This document shows, piece after piece, positions 60,306 through 64,000 of a stretch of DNA of 64,000 bases (position 1 is the stretch's first letter; every line of letters begins with the position of its first letter). The DNA comes from Methanomassiliicoccaceae archaeon (GTDB lineage Archaea > Thermoplasmatota > Thermoplasmata > Methanomassiliicoccales > Methanomassiliicoccaceae), in contig CAVSJV010000003.1 in assembly GCA_963728405.1 (NCBI GenBank), positions 64,001 through 128,000 on the forward strand. The letters are read 5' to 3'. The notes below the pieces were generated by a model. That model was given only the letters and a program-made list of their open reading frames with translations. It did no database searches and had not been told where the DNA came from. Made by a program: the position numbers and the translations under genes.

Positions 60306-61094
60306 TCAGAACATTCGGCGGACGGCCTTGACCGATTCCCTAAGGGATGCGGCGGTCTTCACCTCCACCAGCACGCGGATGTCCCGCTTCCTGGCGAAGT
60401 CCAGCATGCCCCCGATGTCCACCATGCCAGTGCCGGGAACCTGGTGATCGCTCTTGCCGTTGTAGTCATGCAGATGCATGTGCCGCACCCGATCGGCATG
60501 GCGCAGCAGCACCTCCCGCTCCTTGAACCCGCTGCGGGCATCGTGCCCCATATCCCAGGTCAGATAGAAGCCGTCCATGGTGCACAGCTCATCGATGGCC
60601 TGGGCCACGAACGGCAGGTCGAAGTTGTTGACGTTCTCGGTGCAGATCTCCACTCCCGACGCGCAGGCCAGGGAGATCATCTCGTGGTATGCGGTCCACA
60701 GGTTGGAAGTGAAAACATCGACGTACCGATCGTAGATCCAGACCCGGCGGTCCGGGAGCGTGAAGTAGATGCCAGGGCTGAGATGCATATTGATGACCTT
60801 AACCCCGGCCTGATCGGCCCAGCCTAGCGCCTCGCGCATTCGGCCCAGATGGCCTTCCCTCACCGTGGGGTGCAGGGAGCCGAGGTCCAGCTCGTCGGGC
60901 GAATGCAGGGTGAACTCGATGCCGGTGCTCCTGGTGACATCTCTCACTTCCAGGGGGTCCAGGGCCTCGGGGCAGTTCTCGGGCATGTTCATGTTCAGTT
61001 CTATGAAAGATAGCTCGAGCTCCTGGCACAGATCGACCAGACCATGGAGGTCCGGCATCTCGATGAGCGCTGGCATCCCTAGCGAGAAGGGCAT
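60306..61094 (-). CDS. Xylose isomerase-like / AP endonuclease 2 TIM-barrel protein
   Basis: TLHSP, CTENV, WDMGH, HMHLHD, DHQ. Confidence 0.85.
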   Translation of the reverse strand: MPFSLGMPALIEMPDLHGLVDLCQELELSFIELNMNMPENCPEALDPLEVRDVTRSTGIEFTLHSPDELDLGSLHPTVREGHLGRMREALGWADQAGVKVINMHLSPGIYFTLPDRRVWIYDRYVDVFTSNLWTAYHEMISLACASGVEICTENVNNFDLPFVAQAIDELCTMDGFYLTWDMGHDARSGFKEREVLLRHADRVRHMHLHDYNGKSDHQVPGTGMVDIGGMLDFARKRDIRVLVEVKTAASLRESVKAVRRMF

Positions 61095-61145
61095 GGTCAC
61101 CGAAGGCACCGCCGCAGCGGATATTAGAATTTACCCATTATGCTC

Positions 61146-62114
61146 TCAGATGCCGTAGAGCGGATCACCATCATGCGCCAACACCTCCTCGTGGACCGGT
61201 ACCGCGCAGGGGGGGTTGGGGGCCTCCTGGCCGTAATGCGCCTTCCATTTCTCGCACAGCCAGGACTGGAGGGTCCTGATGTCCCCTTCGGTCATATGCT
61301 TGAAGCGGCCCTGCAGCTTGAGGTACTCCGTGACCGGCAGCATCTCCTTCGGTCGGAACGTCACCTTGGGAACACCGTTCTCGACCTCGTACAACGTCCA
61401 CATGCCCGTATCCACCGCCAGCCGGTTTATGCTCACGCCCTTGGACGGTTCGATCCGCCAGCCGGGAACGCAAGGCGTTAGGCAGTGCAGGAACCGGAAG
61501 CCCTTCATGTCCTTGGCCTTCTGGACCTTGCGCACGAAGTCACTGAAATGCGCCACCGACAATGTGGCCACATACGGGACCTCATGATCGGCCACGATGC
61601 GGGCAATATCCTTCTTGAAGCGGCGGTTCCCTTGGACCTCGGTGCCGACCGGCGTGGTCGTCGTCCACGCCCCGAACGGGGTGGCGCTGCTTCTCTGGAT
61701 GCCGGTATTCATGAACGCCTCGTTGTCCAGGCACACATAGATCATGTCCTCGTTGCGCTCCGCCGCGCCGGACAGGGCCTGCAGCCCGATGTCGAAGGTA
61801 CCGCCGTCGCCGGCCATGCCGACCACGGTCGAGTCGATACCCCTCCGCCGCAGCGCCGCCTTGATGCCCGAGGTCACTGCCCCGGTGTTCTCGAAGGCGG
61901 TGTAGAAGTAGGGGATCTTCCACGACGACGTCGGATACAGGGCTCCGAACACCACCAGGCAGGATGCCGGGACGTACACAACGGTGTTCGGTCCGAGCAT
62001 CTTGGCGATGTTCTTTGCCGTAGCGGCGTAACCGCATCCTGGGCAGGCACCATGGCCATGGGTGAGCATGTCCTCGCGCGGAACGTCCCTCATGCTGCTC
62101 ATCTTCCCGATCAT
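61146..62114 (-). CDS. porB: 2-oxoacid (pyruvate):ferredoxin oxidoreductase beta subunit
   Basis: GHGACPGCG, AGDGGTFDIG, DNEAFMNTGIQRS, PCVPGW. Confidence 0.93.
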   Translation of the reverse strand: MIGKMSSMRDVPREDMLTHGHGACPGCGYAATAKNIAKMLGPNTVVYVPASCLVVFGALYPTSSWKIPYFYTAFENTGAVTSGIKAALRRRGIDSTVVGMAGDGGTFDIGLQALSGAAERNEDMIYVCLDNEAFMNTGIQRSSATPFGAWTTTTPVGTEVQGNRRFKKDIARIVADHEVPYVATLSVAHFSDFVRKVQKAKDMKGFRFLHCLTPCVPGWRIEPSKGVSINRLAVDTGMWTLYEVENGVPKVTFRPKEMLPVTEYLKLQGRFKHMTEGDIRTLQSWLCEKWKAHYGQEAPNPPCAVPVHEEVLAHDGDPLYGI

Positions 62115-63286
62115 TTCATTTCCCCCCTTAGGGCGTGCCAGGTGCAGTCCCTGACCTTGTCTCCCCTGGAGCTCTGCTCCACCAGGTCGTACATGTCCCT
62201 CACCATTTCAAGAGTGATGTCTCGGCCTCCGATGCCGGCCACGTGGTCGGTGATCGGCATGCCGCCGCCGTAGAGCGCGTTGCGCGTCTCGGTGAACACC
62301 GGGCCGTAGCCGTTGAACGACGCCGAGCGGTCGAACGTCCCCAGGGCCTTGAGGTGCTTGGTCGCGGCCTTAAGCTCCTCACCGGGGAACGGGCGCATGT
62401 ACCTCAGCTTGATCAGTCCGGCCTTTTTCCCTTCTGATCTCAGCTGGTCGACCGCCTCCCGGGCGATACCGACCCACGTCCCCACACCGATGAGCGCGTA
62501 CTCGGCATCCTCCAGGCGATAGGGGTCCAACAGCCCGCCGTATCTGCGTCCGGTCAGCTCGGCATACTCGTCATCGACCTCCCCGATCACCTGCTTGGAC
62601 GCGTGTACCGCCCGGTCCTGTTGGTAACGCATCTCGGTGGCGTACTCCGGCGGTGTCACCGGGTTGATCATGCTCGGCTCCCTGGGATCGAGCGCATTGA
62701 TCGGAACGAACTTCGGCAGGAAGCGGTCCACCACTGCTTGCTCGGGGATGTCCACTCCCTCCACGGTATGGGAGAGGATGAACCCGTCCAGGCAGACCAT
62801 CATCGGCAGCATGACACGATGGTCCTCGGCGATGCGGAACGCCTGGATGATCATGTCCAGCGCCTCCTGGTTGTCCTCGACGTACACCTGCAGCCAGCCG
62901 CATTCCCGGACCGGCTGCGAATCGTTATGCTCCGTCCATATGCCAGAGGCCGCCCCCAGGCTGCGGTTCGCTATCGCCATCACCACCGGCAGCCGACTTG
63001 GCGCGGCGGCGAAGAGCATCTCGTACATAAGCGCTAACCCCTGCGACGATGTGGCGGTGAACGTACGCACCCCGCCGGCCGAGGCTCCCACCGCGACGGA
63101 CATCACGGAGTGCTCGCTCTCCGCCGGTATGAAGTCAGCGTCCATCAGGCCGTCGTTGATGAACTCGGCGATCTGCTCGATGATGATGGTCTGCGGGGTG
63201 ATCGGAAATCCAGGCACGACCTCGGTGCGGGCGAGCATGGCGCCGTACGCTACCGCCACGTCCCCTGAGATCGTCCTTATTGCCAT
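62111..63286 (-). CDS. porA: 2-oxoacid (pyruvate):ferredoxin oxidoreductase alpha subunit
   Basis: FPITPQT, ESEHS, TATSSQGL, DGFILSH. Confidence 0.93.
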   Translation of the reverse strand: MAIRTISGDVAVAYGAMLARTEVVPGFPITPQTIIIEQIAEFINDGLMDADFIPAESEHSVMSVAVGASAGGVRTFTATSSQGLALMYEMLFAAAPSRLPVVMAIANRSLGAASGIWTEHNDSQPVRECGWLQVYVEDNQEALDMIIQAFRIAEDHRVMLPMMVCLDGFILSHTVEGVDIPEQAVVDRFLPKFVPINALDPREPSMINPVTPPEYATEMRYQQDRAVHASKQVIGEVDDEYAELTGRRYGGLLDPYRLEDAEYALIGVGTWVGIAREAVDQLRSEGKKAGLIKLRYMRPFPGEELKAATKHLKALGTFDRSASFNGYGPVFTETRNALYGGGMPITDHVAGIGGRDITLEMVRDMYDLVEQSSRGDKVRDCTWHALRGEMK

Positions 63287-64000
63287 GTGTGCGCCCCCTG
63301 GACCATATCAATGGCATCCACCGGACATATCTCCGCGCAGATGCCACAGCCCTTGCAATAGTCAAGATCCCATTTCATGAAGTCGTCTTCCAGCCGGATT
63401 ATCGCGGCGTCCGGGCAGGACCACCAGCATCGCAGGCATTGGATGCACCTCTCCTTCTTGTACTTCGGAGTGGACCACTTCCACCGCCCGGTCAGGTTCT
63501 GCCACGACGAGGCGGGACCGACGCCCACGCCATCGTAGTTCATCGCCGTCAGCGAGATGCCGAGGGGGATCTCGTCCCAATCGGGCGTCCATGCCTTCTG
63601 CTCGGCGTACACTCGCTGTCCCTTGCTCCGACCTACCGCAGTGGCCTCATACGCATTTTTAGCAGCGATGCCGTTCAGCAGGCCGGCCCGCGCTCCCAAC
63701 TTCCCGCTGAAACGGTCCTCGATCGCCTCCACGATGCGGTCCAGCGGTACGATGTCCTGGATCTTGGCCACCGCCCCTAGCATGGAGGTGTTGACGATGG
63801 GCAGCTTCAGCACCTCTAGCGAGATCGCCGTAGCGTCCACGGTCCCGCACTCCGCATCCACGCCGGCCCCGAGGTCCACCTCCTCGGGCCGCTGGGTAGT
63901 GTTCATGACGATCCGGCCTCCGGGCTTTAGACCGGCGGCCAGGTCGTAGATCTCGGCGAGCGAGGGGTCCATGATCACCAGTAGATCGGGGCGATAGATC
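63277..64000 (-). CDS. Fused gamma + delta (2x4Fe-4S) subunit of 2-oxoacid:ferredoxin oxidoreductase, 5'-truncated by window edge
   Basis: Gamma motif VDAT.IS...IVNTSMLGA in frame with TGRWK, CIQCLRCWWSCP and CKGCGICAEICP. Confidence 0.9.
   Translation of the reverse strand, partial: IYRPDLLVIMDPSLAEIYDLAAGLKPGGRIVMNTTQRPEEVDLGAGVDAECGTVDATAISLEVLKLPIVNTSMLGAVAKIQDIVPLDRIVEAIEDRFSGKLGARAGLLNGIAAKNAYEATAVGRSKGQRVYAEQKAWTPDWDEIPLGISLTAMNYDGVGVGPASSWQNLTGRWKWSTPKYKKERCIQCLRCWWSCPDAAIIRLEDDFMKWDLDYCKGCGICAEICPVDAIDMVQGAHTWQ

Overview
A 64-kb archaeal chromosome segment (~60% GC by eye). Gene content points to Thermoplasmatota, most likely Methanomassiliicoccales: methanogenesis marker 8, GINS, aIF2-gamma, aIF5B, L7Ae/S28e/L24e/S6e, pantoate kinase and CTP-dependent riboflavin kinase. 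The left ~28 kb and right ~7 kb are mostly housekeeping (gcvPA/PB, tmk, coaBC, prs, proS, trmI, purSLQ, ndk, por). A ~29-kb accessory region separates infB from rps6e. It holds ABC exporters, redox genes, an arsenosugar-type arsS/TIGR04282/TIGR04283 cluster and a low-GC binding-protein/kinase/receiver module. Main highlights: (1) a tnpB-only IS200/IS605 element that appears to have inserted inside the ATG of coaBC and supplies a new Shine-Dalgarno plus TTG start from its own right end; (2) an unassigned ~290-nt highly structured RNA candidate with its own TATA box and group-I-intron-like core motifs beside infB; (3) a second ~113-nt structured RNA candidate; (4) an unannotated Cys-rich microprotein; (5) a membrane gene with an in-frame amber codon. 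About ten genes carry frameshifts that look like sequencing errors. All calls come from reading the sequence; no searches were run.
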